Shown here piece by piece: positions 1 through 10,644 of a DNA stretch of 34,008 nt (its first letter is position 1; the number at the start of each line of letters is the position of its first letter). Origin of the DNA: Octopus bimaculoides. Taxonomy: Eukaryota. The stretch covers positions 34,605,813 to 34,639,820 of the forward strand of contig NC_068999.1 in NCBI RefSeq assembly GCF_001194135.2. The letters run 5' to 3'. The notes under the pieces were generated by a model. It saw only the letters and a list, made by a program, of their open reading frames with translations, was not told where the DNA came from and did no database searches. Made by a program: the position numbers and the translations under genes.

Positions 1-38
<38 letters not shown>

Positions 39-57
39 ACACACACACATATATATA
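1..57. repeat. (AC)n/(AT)n microsatellite
   Basis: Direct reading. Confidence 0.97.
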
Positions 58-148
58 GGGAGAATTCACAAAAAAAAAACAACGGACGAAGATAGGTGGT
101 GTAGAAAACAAATAGATGTATTAATATAACGCTCGGAAATTGAAAAAG

Positions 149-187
149 TCTTTAACGTTTCGAGCCTACGCTCTTCCACAGAAAAGA
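149..187 (-). ncRNA. Minimal type I hammerhead ribozyme-like motif (family A)
   Basis: Minus strand TCTTTT-CTGTGGA-A-GAGC GTAG GCTC-GAAAC-GTT-AAAGA: stem I TTT/AAA plus wobble, stem II GAGC/GCTC, palindromic ACGT stem III, GUU triplet. Core position 6 is U rather than A. Confidence 0.6.
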
Positions 188-225
188 ACACAAAAAGAAA
201 CAAGGAGAGAAAAAAATGTGTGTAG

Positions 226-275
226 TGGTCAGCGATCTATCATGGTCAGCGATCTATCATGGTCAGCGATCTATC
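226..275. repeat. 17-bp tandem repeat x~3 (TGGTCAGCGATCTATCA) at the element terminus
   Basis: Units at 226-242, 243-259 and 260-275 (partial). Confidence 0.92.
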
Positions 276-933
276 TATATAGTTTAAGCTTCACTGTTTT
301 CCAAATAACAAGATTTTAGTCTCATTTGATCTTCCTCAGAGGATATTTATCATCCATCCAACAATATGCTGATAAAACTATAGCAGACTGATATTTAATT
401 TTTACCTGCACAACTACTATCATATTTGTAGGCGATAAGTTAATAAGATTGTTTCTATTTGTTGTTAATCTATTTAGTAACAATTAAGTAGCAAGCATGT
501 ACTGTGAGTAAATATCAAGGGATAGCAGTAGGCATTAATAAAATAAGCTGTCAGCAAAGGCCTTATCACTCTGAGATAATGATAAAATATTTTGACAAAT
601 TAAAAAAGACAAAAACACACATCATATGCACACACTCACATACACACAATCGCATATAGACATAGGTATGCGTGGGTGTGGGTGTGAGTGTATGTATGTA
701 TTTTATGATTTTTACTTAGGCATAGCGATGTTTAAAAACCAGTCGTTAGAACTCGATATACTTATGCTTTAGAATAAAGTGCTGTGCGAGTACAGATTGT
801 AATATTAATTATTGAATAACAGGGAACAGGAAATTGTGTAAACAACTTCATTAGCTTACAGCTGTAATCTAATAAAGTTGATTACTTAATTCATGTTCCC
901 TTGTCTTATAATATATATATATATATATATATA

Positions 934-1078
934 NNNNNNNNNNNNNNNNNNNNNNNNNNNNNNNNNNNNNNNNNNNNNNNNNNNNNNNNNNNNNNNNNNN
1001 NNNNNNNNNNNNNNNNNNNNNNNNNNNNNNNNNNNNNNNNNNNNNNNNNNNNNNNNNNNNNNNNNNNNNNNNNNNNNN
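934..1078. other. Assembly gap next to (TA)n
   Basis: N-run. Other gaps: 3071-3901, 5452-5558, 13844-14387, 15470-15558, 17406-17454, 22959-23281. Confidence 1.
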
Positions 1079-1315
1079 AGCTGCTATTTCTGAACTTCGG
1101 TATATGGTGAAGCAAATATTTGCTGATCCCTTAATTATATTTATAAATATATATGAGCTTTTAAATAAGTTCTCCACCAATAATGGTGCTTTCATACCGA
1201 TGGGCTTAGTAAAAATTGTTAATTGTTAATTGATTTATTAATTAATAAATTGATAATCCTTTACCCTTTTAATTTGTAATATATATATATATATATATAT
1301 ATATGGATATATACA

Positions 1316-1370
1316 TACATCTGTTTGTTGTTTACACACCCTTCTTCGTCTTTTGCTTTTTTGTAAATTT
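1316..1370 (+). mobile_element. Terminal fragment of family A element in opposite orientation, no ribozyme
   Basis: Reverse complement AATTTACAAAAAAGCAAAAGACGAAGAAGGGTGTGTAAACAACAAACAGATGT resembles 62-120. Confidence 0.5.
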
Positions 1371-1401
<31 letters not shown>

Positions 1402-1403
<2 letters not shown>

Positions 1404-2221
1404 AGGTGTTCGGTCTAAATTTGACAGCTTGCGTAAAAGGAAAACAAAGCGCAATTTCGTTCTCCTATCCAATAATAAAAATATTTTTAAAAAGATCAAA
1501 AAATATCAACGAGTTTACGGCTCAGCTTCCACCACGGTCTCAAGACGGTTTACGAACATGGCGCATGCATTCGTCACTGTGTCTCTGGAATTATCCTTGG
1601 TCTTGGCCACCAGCTGGGCCTTGCTGTTGTAGGTAGAGCGTTTGGTGTCTTTCTCAACCATGTCCCAATATAATAATCCTTGGAATTAAAATCAAGGTAA
1701 TAAGGATGCCAGAAATTAGGGCTGGTGAAGTCGTGGAAATTCTTAGATAAACATTTCTGACTCTTTCCGGGGTTATGGAAAAGAGCCGAACGCTGCTGCC
1801 TATGGTTTTGCAGCTGCAACTCTCTCCAGTCAGGATTTGGCAACAGTCTGAAGCAGATTCACATAGCCGTCTGAACAGAGTTCAACGCTGTGGGTAGCAG
1901 CTCATTGGGGACACTCCCGAAGATAATCACAGTTTGGAGGAACTTGGTTTTCATGATGTCCGTCAAGTTTTACAGCCTTTTAGACTGTTCACAGAACAGC
2001 AGTCGGGACGTCGGCATTTTGACACCCGGCGCGATTCCTCATGATATAGGTAATTCTTTTCCAATATTCTAATGGCTTCCAGTCCTTCATGTCCGCTAAA
2101 TCTTTCTTAACTACAGATTTAACCTTTGCGCTCTCCAACGGTGTTGACTGTTCACTTATACATCAAGCTGTTGCTGAAAAAAAGGAGACAAAGTATTGTC
2201 ATCTTTAGTCCGAACATTCTG
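1402..2221 (-). mobile_element. Decayed, internally deleted Tc1/mariner transposon, maT (DD37D)-like
   Basis: Imperfect TIRs at 1400-1426 and 2197-2223 (20/27 matches), TA-flanked. Minus-strand remnants MKTKFLQTVIIFG, DGYVNLLQTVAKS*LERVAAAKP, QQRSALFHNPGKSQKCLSKNFHDFTSPNFWHPYYLDFNSKDYY (37 residues between the 2nd and 3rd catalytic positions), and TVTNACAMFVNRLETVVEAEP*. Confidence 0.85.
1515..1954 (-). pseudogene. Transposase catalytic-domain remnant (stops and frameshifts)
   Basis: Degenerate WPPNSPDLNPMDY-type motif (FWHPYYLDFNSKDYY). The 2nd catalytic D reads R. Confidence 0.85.
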
Positions 2222-2313
2222 TATGTATGTATGTATATATGTATATATGTATGTATGCATGTATGTATGTATGTATGTATGTATGTATGTATGTATGTAT
2301 GTATGTATGTATG
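2219..2313. repeat. (TATG)n microsatellite
   Basis: Direct reading. Confidence 0.97.
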
Positions 2314-2406
2314 TGTCTTCTGTTTATGACAGGGCAATCTATACACTAATTCAGACAGGATGGCTATGTTTTCATCTTTGGAGCACATTTGCGACATTCT
2401 ACATAG

Positions 2407-2598
2407 TCAATATTGAGTTGTATTCCGGAACACATCCCTATTTTACGTTTTCAATGTCTTGATGATGCATTAACTGAGACCGGCACAGAAGAACAGCATA
2501 ATAGATTGAAGGAAAATTTAGAAAATAATTTCGTTCTCAAATTAGCCATTCAAACAAGTTGTTATGCACATTTGAAGGACACACCCACCCAAGATTGA
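2407..2598 (+). CDS. Possible orphan terminal coding exon (SILSCIPEHIPILRFQCLDDALTETG...DTPTQD*)
   Basis: Unique sequence, 63 open codons, AG acceptor at 2405-2406 in phase 0. No homology recognised. Confidence 0.22.
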   Translation, partial: SILSCIPEHIPILRFQCLDDALTETGTEEQHNRLKENLENNFVLKLAIQTSCYAHLKDTPTQD

Positions 2599-2953
2599 AA
2601 TCTGAATATAAAAGATAAAAATCGCACGACACATCTATACACATGAAATACACAAATGCCAATATGTATACTGAGGTAGTGTCGCCACAGAGTACAGCCC
2701 AGGATTAACACTCAAATGAAATTGCTATTATATATAAGTCTAATGCTCAAAGCTTAGACTTTTCGCGGGACAACCGGATCGAACCATCTCAAGTGTAACT
2801 GCCCGAAATGGTCGTGACATCTGGGACTTGACTGATGAAAGAAAGCCAAGAATGACTCGTCTTTTTTTCCTTTCTAATTGTTGTTTCTCTTGTCCGCCTA
2901 TGTATCGTCTATCTGTCCGAACATTTTAATGCCCTCTATTGCATTTTTGTTCC

Positions 2954-2955
<2 letters not shown>

Positions 2956-3009
<54 letters not shown>

Positions 3010-3928
3010 GTATGTATGTATGTATGTATGTAAGTATGTATGTATGTATGTATGTATGTATGTATATATANNNNNNNNNNNNNNNNNNNNNNNNNNNNNN
3101 NNNNNNNNNNNNNNNNNNNNNNNNNNNNNNNNNNNNNNNNNNNNNNNNNNNNNNNNNNNNNNNNNNNNNNNNNNNNNNNNNNNNNNNNNNNNNNNNNNNN
3201 NNNNNNNNNNNNNNNNNNNNNNNNNNNNNNNNNNNNNNNNNNNNNNNNNNNNNNNNNNNNNNNNNNNNNNNNNNNNNNNNNNNNNNNNNNNNNNNNNNNN
3301 NNNNNNNNNNNNNNNNNNNNNNNNNNNNNNNNNNNNNNNNNNNNNNNNNNNNNNNNNNNNNNNNNNNNNNNNNNNNNNNNNNNNNNNNNNNNNNNNNNNN
3401 NNNNNNNNNNNNNNNNNNNNNNNNNNNNNNNNNNNNNNNNNNNNNNNNNNNNNNNNNNNNNNNNNNNNNNNNNNNNNNNNNNNNNNNNNNNNNNNNNNNN
3501 NNNNNNNNNNNNNNNNNNNNNNNNNNNNNNNNNNNNNNNNNNNNNNNNNNNNNNNNNNNNNNNNNNNNNNNNNNNNNNNNNNNNNNNNNNNNNNNNNNNN
3601 NNNNNNNNNNNNNNNNNNNNNNNNNNNNNNNNNNNNNNNNNNNNNNNNNNNNNNNNNNNNNNNNNNNNNNNNNNNNNNNNNNNNNNNNNNNNNNNNNNNN
3701 NNNNNNNNNNNNNNNNNNNNNNNNNNNNNNNNNNNNNNNNNNNNNNNNNNNNNNNNNNNNNNNNNNNNNNNNNNNNNNNNNNNNNNNNNNNNNNNNNNNN
3801 NNNNNNNNNNNNNNNNNNNNNNNNNNNNNNNNNNNNNNNNNNNNNNNNNNNNNNNNNNNNNNNNNNNNNNNNNNNNNNNNNNNNNNNNNNNNNNNNNNNN
3901 NATATATATATATACAGACAAACATACA

Positions 3929-3981
<53 letters not shown>

Positions 3982-4000
3982 GTCTATCTATCTATCTATA
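2956..4000. repeat. (TATG)n and (TATC)n microsatellites flanking the 831-N gap
   Basis: Direct reading. Source of the long X-filled ORFs. Confidence 0.95.
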
Positions 4001-4716
4001 TGCATAAATACATGTGTAGAGATACAGAAAATATTCAATGGTGTATTCCGATGTACGCATGTAAGCAAACATAAATACTATTACACATACAACTTTGCAA
4101 ATGATGTATTTGTATATTTGTGTGGTTGTACCCATGCATACACAATCCTCATTTTTTAATGAGATTAAAGGAAAGTCAGAATGATCGTTGTCTTTATGAC
4201 ACTATATATAATGTCTGCTGGAATGTGATGCTGTGACAGTTATGGCTATTCAAAAGATATTGCTAGCAACATGAGGTAATATAGCTACGACGAGAATCGA
4301 TAGACAACAAGCTAATGATTAAAGAAAATAAAAACTTTTATGTGGAGAGAGAACACATTTTGCTATGTGAATAAGTACATTAGGCCGTTAATCGATAGAT
4401 TGAAGGTTCGCTTCAAATCGCCAGTGTAGTGTTTTATTCCCGATCAAGAAACTTAGCTGTCAACAACCTAGTCTACTACAAATACCACAGATTGCTATAG
4501 ACCGGCTCATCCAGCTGCCGTAAGGTGACACAACTTGTTCCAGTCGGGTTCATCTAGTTGTTCGTAGATACATCATGATGCTATAGTTCACTAAGAGACG
4601 TCAATGAGCTGCTAAATGCCCAGTCCATTTGTGTAGCACAGAGAAATATAGAGTGGTAGACCTAACACACCACCCGGTGTGACACCACTATCTGGTTTCT
4701 TGCATGTTTTTATCAG

Positions 4717-4912
4717 AGTTGTAATCCTTTGAACCAAATATTTGCTTCCCTCTATGCCTCTGCTTCCACCACATCATTCTCGACCGCAAAAGCCATGGTC
4801 ACTACCCAGCCTTCTCTGACTGACTTTTCAAAGAAAAGAAAAAGAAAAGCAAGAAATAATTTAACACAGTGTACTCATGGCTCAAACGCTCAACGTATCA
4901 ATCTTACTATTT
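4717..4912 (+). CDS. Possible exon, Ser/Thr-rich with a basic KKRKRKAR patch
   Basis: Polypyrimidine tract + CAG acceptor at 4715-4716, GTAAGC donor at 4913, open frame throughout. No homology recognised. Confidence 0.25.
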
Positions 4913-5380
4913 GTAAGCAGTTACTACAATGAAGTATATTTCGCAGCAATGTTTCAATGAGACAAGAGGCTTCATTGTCGTCTGTGCAGTCCAGTCCAGT
5001 CATTTCCCTACTGGTACCACTGTTTAAGACCGTTTCAGTTAACCGCCTTAAAATGCTAGAATCTTTTTGAAATAACAAGTGATTTCTTGTCAGTTGGATT
5101 CTGGATTTCTGTTTAATATAGATTGATTTCTCCTCTGCTCAATGCTCCTGAAATGGTGAGATAAATCTTGTCTGAATCTCTGAGGTTTGAATAAGAATTC
5201 ATTTACACAACAAAACAGCTGAAACAACTTGTTTCTATCATTGGAAAATTTTCTTATCATTGGCCTGTTGGCCCAATACTGAGCTAAGGATAACCAACAA
5301 GATACGTTCTGATAATGAGTTGTTCAATCGACTGGGTGTGTGGAAGACTTCTGTAATATTAATCTTCAATTTTTATGTAG

Positions 5381-5689
5381 GAAAGTGAAACCGTTAATGA
5401 CGGAACTCGTCTACCACTACCACCACTGCTGCCACCACCATCATCACCACCNNNNNNNNNNNNNNNNNNNNNNNNNNNNNNNNNNNNNNNNNNNNNNNNN
5501 NNNNNNNNNNNNNNNNNNNNNNNNNNNNNNNNNNNNNNNNNNNNNNNNNNNNNNNNNNCACCACCACCACCACCGTCACCGCCATCGCCGCCGCCACCGC
5601 CACTGCCGTTGCAACCGTTGCCGCTGTCAACAGCTTCTGTTAAAAGTACCCAAGTTCCAGATTTCGGCATTAAACCGAGTACCGTATAA
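5381..5689 (+). CDS. Possible Pro-rich exon (ESETVNDGTRLPLPP...PLSTASVKSTQVPDFGIKPSTV*), interrupted by a gap
   Basis: TTTTTATGTAG acceptor, frame open on both sides of the gap. Could equally be a non-coding (CCA)n repeat. Confidence 0.22.
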   Translation, partial: ESETVNDGTRLPLPPLLPPPSSPXXXXXXXXXXXXXXXXXXXXXXXXXXXXXXXXXXXXXPPPPPSPPSPPPPPLPLQPLPLSTASVKSTQVPDFGIKPSTV

Positions 5690-6713
5690 CGTCTACTATT
5701 GAACTGTATATAATCACGCTGTCTATTATAACTGGTGAGACAGGATTGCTTTCCAAGGCCACGATGGAACAGTGACGATGACGGGGAAAATAATTGCCAA
5801 TCTTTTGACCTATCACCCCTCGTCAATCTTGAATCGCACGCACGTACCCCCCTCCCCACACACCCATCACGCACTCACAAAATAACAATACACGTTATTT
5901 ATACATATACATTTGTTGTTTATCTGGATATATAACAGATGGTTATGATGATGTCGGTGCAGTATAGAAAAAAAAGAAAATACAAAGCGTAAGTGGAAAT
6001 CTAGCAACAACTTTAAAAAAACAACCAAATAATCCAACATCAACAATAAAAAACCGACCACTCCCTTCATCAGTCAAATTGTCACGCTGTCTTTAAATTG
6101 GTTGTGTGTAATATTAGAATGTTAAAAATATATATCTGAGAGTCTCTAATTTGGAAAAGAACAGAAAGAAAATAGCTGTGACTATAACCTGGAAAACTTC
6201 TCAATGTCAGAAAGCCAAAAGTATATTTGTGAGTTACTGGAGTTAGTGATGACAATCTTAGAAATTTGTTGAAGTATCCAAAATGGTCGCTACTAAAAAA
6301 AATTCTTGCTGTATTTTCAACATTTTCGTCAAGAGTCAAAAGTGTATTTACCCTCATGTACTTTTATTCATTACACGTGATTGGCGTGGAGATTGCGACT
6401 TAAGGAGAAGGAATTGCTTCGGCTGTATGTTGAGGAATTTAGATTAAAGAGTGAAGAGCATTCCATATATTTCTATACATTTCTCTTATTTTTATTCTTC
6501 ATTTCCATTAGATAAAGTTCTTAAAGTTACTGGTAGTCGTTATTAACATCGTGTCGTCCTCCTTTTGAACTCGTTGGGACGACATAACTCGGGATTTGAA
6601 ATTAATTGAGCAAAATCCAATAAAGAAAAATGATTTACTACTTTCTTCATTTTTTTCCCCCTTCTAACAGTAAAAAAAAGAGAGAAAAACATCTAAAATA
6701 CTAGTAAAATATT

Positions 6714-7133
6714 CAGGAGTGGCTGTGTGGTAAGTAGCTTGCTTACCAACCACATGGTTCTGGGTTCAGTCCCACTGCATGGCACCTTGGGCAAGTGTCT
6801 TCTACTATAATCTCGGGCCGACCAAAGCCTTGTGAGTGGATTTGGTAGACGGAAACTGAAAGAAGCCCGTCGTACATATGTATATATATATATGTATGTG
6901 TGTGTATATGTTTGTGTGTCTGTGTTTGTCCCCCCCCACCATCGCTTGACAACCGATGCTGGTGTGTTTACGTTCCCGTAAATTAGCAGTTCGGCGAAAA
7001 GAAACCGATAGAATAAGTACTAGGTTTACAAAGAATAGGTCCTGGGGTCGATTTGCTCGACTAAGGGCGGTGCTCCAGCATGGCCGCAGTCAAATGACTG
7101 AAACAAGTAAAAGAGTAAAAAGAGTAAAAGAGT
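6714..7133 (+). mobile_element. tRNA-headed SINE family 1, near full length
   Basis: A-box-like TGGCTGTGTGG, B-box-like GGTTCAGTCCC, internal (TA)/(TG) tract, 3' tail GGCGGTGCTCCAGCATGGCCGCAGTCAAATGACTGAAACAAG(TAAAAGAG)n. Many copies in the window. Confidence 0.93.
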
Positions 7134-7154
7134 ATATTGTGACTGTGAGCAAGA

Positions 7155-7563
7155 GTAGCAGCCAAGTTGTTTAATTAAGCAGCTCACGTTGCAATCATGT
7201 GGTTTCGGGTTCAGTCACACTGTGCAATACCTTGGCCTGGTGTCTTCCACTACAGTCCTGAACCGAGCAATGCTTTGTGAGCGAACTTTATAGATGAAAA
7301 CTGTATAGAAGCTCGGTATGTATATGTGAGTGTGTGTGTGTGTATGTCTTTGTATTGGTGTTTTTCTCCAACCAGTTGACAACCGGTACTGGTTTGTTTA
7401 TATCCCCGTATCTTAGCGGTTCGGCAAAAGAGACTAATAGAATAATAAGTACCAGAGTTTAAAAAAATAAGTACCGGGGGCGATTTCTTCGACTAAACCC
7501 TTCAAAGCGATGCTCCAGCATGGCTGTAGGCCAATGACTAAAACAAGGGAAAAGATAAAAAGA
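7155..7563 (+). mobile_element. SINE family 1, older diverged copy
   Basis: Colinear with 6714-7133 in head, body and tail. Confidence 0.85.
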
Positions 7564-8054
7564 TTAGCATCGTTTGGCTTAGGGTTTCGTATGGAGCGAG
7601 GGAGGCTTTGCACTTCTCTGCTGAATAATCAATGTAAAACCCTTTTCTTGATCAACACCGGCGATTGGGGTTTCTCGACGTTCTTAACATCCTTCACTGA
7701 TGTACATATTGGGCTAAAAGCGCGCTCACACACACACACACACGCAGCACACACACACGCACACGCACGCACACACACACACACACGCACACACGCACAC
7801 AAACACATTCACGCGCACACACTCCCATGCGTCCACACTCACACACAACACACTCATACACACACACACTCACACACACAAAAACTCACGTACATACCCT
7901 CACACACACACATACATACACACTAATGCACACACACTCACGCGCGCACACACACACACACACTAATGCACACACTCTCGCACACACACACACTCTCACA
8001 TGCACATAACACAAATACCCTCTCCCCCCTCTGTCTCTCTCTCACACACACACA

Positions 8055-8212
8055 GTGGAATTGTTTAGTTTTCATTAGCAAACCCCTCTCCGGGTTTTGC
8101 TCGAACCGAGGCTATGAAAGAAGACAATCGCTTAAGGTGCCACACAATGGAAGCGGACTCGGAACTATGCTGCGGCAAACCGAAATACTTCCTCACTCAG
8201 CTCCACCTGTAC
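8055..8212 (-). mobile_element. SINE family 1 head, degenerate; adjoins the (CA)-rich tract 7725-8054
   Basis: GAAGACAATCGCTTAAGGTGCCACAC..GGAACTATG matches the reverse complement of the head. Confidence 0.65.
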
Positions 8213-8330
8213 TCATTCACCTTTGCTCACATTTTAGAGGAATGTTCTTCTCTCATAGTTAGGATGCTTCATAGATAAAGAAACAGATATTCAAAGTGGT
8301 ATGGTTGGTTTGACCTACCGGAATTGATAC

Positions 8331-8840
8331 AGGCATGGCTGTGTGGATAAGCAGCTCGCCTTGCAACAACGTTGTTTAGGGTTCAGTTCCACTGTGCAGC
8401 ATGTCGGGCATATGGTCCAGGCCAACTGGTGTCTTCTGAATGAATTTGGATAGACGGAAAATGAAAGAAGCCCGTCATGTACACACGCACACACACACGC
8501 ACACACACACACACACACACTCGCACACATTCACACTCGCACACATTCACACATACACGCACGCACACACACACGCACACACATATGCACACAAATGTGT
8601 GTGTATGTATACGTATGCATGTGATTCTGTTTGTGTTTGTCCTCCTTTCCTTCATCTGACAACCGGTGCTCTTTTTTTATGTCCCTGTAACTTAGCGATT
8701 CGGCAAAAGGAACCGGTAGAGTAAGTATCCGATAAAAAAAAAAAATTACTGGAGTCGTTTTGCTCGACTAAATCATTCAAAGTACTTTTACTGGATTCAA
8801 TGGCTGAAACAAACAAAAGCTACAAGACAATAAAAGATAA
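8331..8840 (+). mobile_element. SINE family 1, diverged, with expanded internal microsatellite
   Basis: Head GGCATGGCTGTGTGG, GGAAA.TGAAAGAAGCCCGTC and tail motifs. Confidence 0.85.
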
Positions 8841-9032
8841 GTGTTTCTTTCAACGAAGGCAAAATGCTTTATGACTTTATCATTATTCGCAATACGTAAA
8901 ATATATTCCAAGCTCCATCTTTGCGTCGGCTAAATGCAACTCAAACAATCTCTCTCTACAACATTCGTCTCCTGGGAAAATTCAACTTAAAAAACAATCA
9001 TGCAGTCGTATAAATGCTGAAGCCATTGTAAA

Positions 9033-9416
9033 CAGGCGTGGCTGTGTGTTAAGAAGCTTGCTTCTCAACCACATGGTTCCGGGTTCAGTCCCACTGCGTG
9101 ACACCTTGGGCAAGTGTCTTCTGCTTATAACTTCGGGTCGGCCGACCGAAGCTGTGTGAATGGATCTGGTTGATGGAAACTGAAAGAAGCCAGTTTTATA
9201 CGTGTGTGTATATGCGTGCGCGCGTCTTTGTGTCTGTGTTTGTCCACCCCTACACCGACCACTGCTTGACAATCGGTGTTAGTGTGTTTATGTTCTTTTA
9301 ACCTAGCGGTTCGGTAAGAGAGGCTGATAGAATAAGTATCAGGCTGAAAAAAAAAAAGTATTGGGGGCGATTAGTCCGACTAAAAACTCTTCAAGACAGG
9401 GCCCCAGTATGGCAGC
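9033..9416 (+). mobile_element. SINE family 1
   Basis: Colinear with 6714-7133. Confidence 0.88.
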
Positions 9417-9491
9417 AAAAAAAAAAAAAGAAAAATTAAATTAAATAATTTAATCATATTTTGAATAGTTGGTACTATTTCTAAATAGAAA

Positions 9492-9871
9492 CTTTTACTT
9501 CTTTCAGTCACTGGACTGTGGTCATACTGGGGCACCGCCTGGAAGAGTTTAGTCAAATAAATCGACCCTTGTGCATATTTCTCTTTCAAAGTCTTATTTT
9601 ATCGGTCTGATTTGCCGAACCGCTATCTTACAGAAACGCAAAAAAAAATCCAACATCGGTTGTTAAGAGGTTATGAGGACAAACATACGTATACATACAC
9701 ATGCGTGTATGTGTAAGACGGTTTTCATACAGTTTCCATCAGATTCAGTTATGCGGCATTGGTTGGCCCGCAGCTATAATAAGAAACACTTGCCTAAGAG
9801 GCCATGCAGTAGGGGGGAACCCGAAACCTCATGACTGCAAAATGAGCTGCTTGACCACACAGCCATGCCTG
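9492..9871 (-). mobile_element. SINE family 1, diverged
   Basis: Reverse-complement tail TTTCAGTCA..GGTCATACTGGGGCACCGCC and head CCACACAGCCATGCCTG. Confidence 0.82.
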
Positions 9872-10328
9872 CATCTACGTGTGTTTTAAATATCTTAAAA
9901 TGTCACTGATATAAGGAAACTTTCAACAAATCAACGTATGAAGATTAGAATTTTCAGGATTATCAACAAAAGCTTTCGAGTGTATATTTATGACACTTGT
10001 ATATCTACATTACATTTCTCTCAGTTTGGTTTCTGATTGTTACCAGCTGTGTGATTCTTAGAGATGTACATGGTCGTGTGTATATCATTTTCCTTAGTTT
10101 AGAAATAAAAGTTCATAATCTGGAATAATGTGCAGCACGAGGTATACGATATCGGTGAGGATCGGCGCTTTCTAACCATATCGTTCGCTCCCTCAGCGTA
10201 GCACCCTGGCTGAGTGCCTTCTATTATAGCTGATTAAAGCATTGAGACTGGATTTCTTAAACGGAAACTGAAAGTAATCAGTCGTGTATATATATATATA
10301 TATATATTTAGATATATATATATAAATA

Positions 10329-10585
10329 GGCGCAGGAGTAGGTGTGTAGTAAATAGCTTGCTTACCAGCCACATGGTTCCGGGTCCAGTCCCACTGCGTG
10401 GCACCTTGGGCAAGTGTCTTCTACTTTGGCCGCGGGCCAACCAAAGTCTTGTGAGTGGATTTCGTAGACAGAAACTGAAAGAAGCCCGCTAAGTCCTGGG
10501 TTCGATTAGTTCGACTAAAGGCGGTGCTCCAGCATGGCTGCATTCAAATGGTTGAAACAAGTAAAAGAATAAAGGAATAAAAGAA
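10329..10585 (+). mobile_element. SINE family 1, internally deleted
   Basis: Head runs to GAAAGAAGCCCG and joins directly to TAAGTCCTGGG..tail. The microsatellite and mid-body are absent. Confidence 0.88.
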
Positions 10586-10644
10586 TAGACAGAGGTTGGA
10601 CAAAATAATGAAAACACCTTAAAATTTCAAGCAAATTTAATACG

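Larger units (their letters stand above)
58..275 (-). mobile_element. Short PLE-terminus-like element (family A, copy 1) inserted in (TA)n and carrying a hammerhead fold
   Basis: Colinear with 33493-33685: both begin GGGAGAAT right after (TA)n and share GACGA..A.AGGTGGTGTA, ACGCTCGG and AAAGTCTTT.ACGTTTCGAGC. The PLE assignment rests on the established PLE-hammerhead association. Confidence 0.7.

Noticed and set aside
858-865. ACAGCTGT palindrome followed on the minus strand by AAGC, resembling a hammerhead stem III
   Set aside because: No GAAA and no CUGANGA core nearby. At most a remnant.
2832-2838. CTGATGA hammerhead-core heptamer
   Set aside because: No stem II or correctly placed GAAA/stem III.
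2898-4159. Long ORFs of 300-400 aa in the track (also 13761-14538, 22852-23385)
   Set aside because: They are made of N-runs and microsatellite translations (YIHT, MYVC, HTHT) and carry no coding information.
6714-6790. tRNA-like A/B boxes as real tRNA genes (all SINE heads)
   Set aside because: No complete cloverleaf. They continue into SINE bodies and are multicopy.
7636-7718. Minus-strand [27 protein letters not shown] after a TTTTAG
   Set aside because: Short, wedged between SINE and microsatellite, with no independent support.
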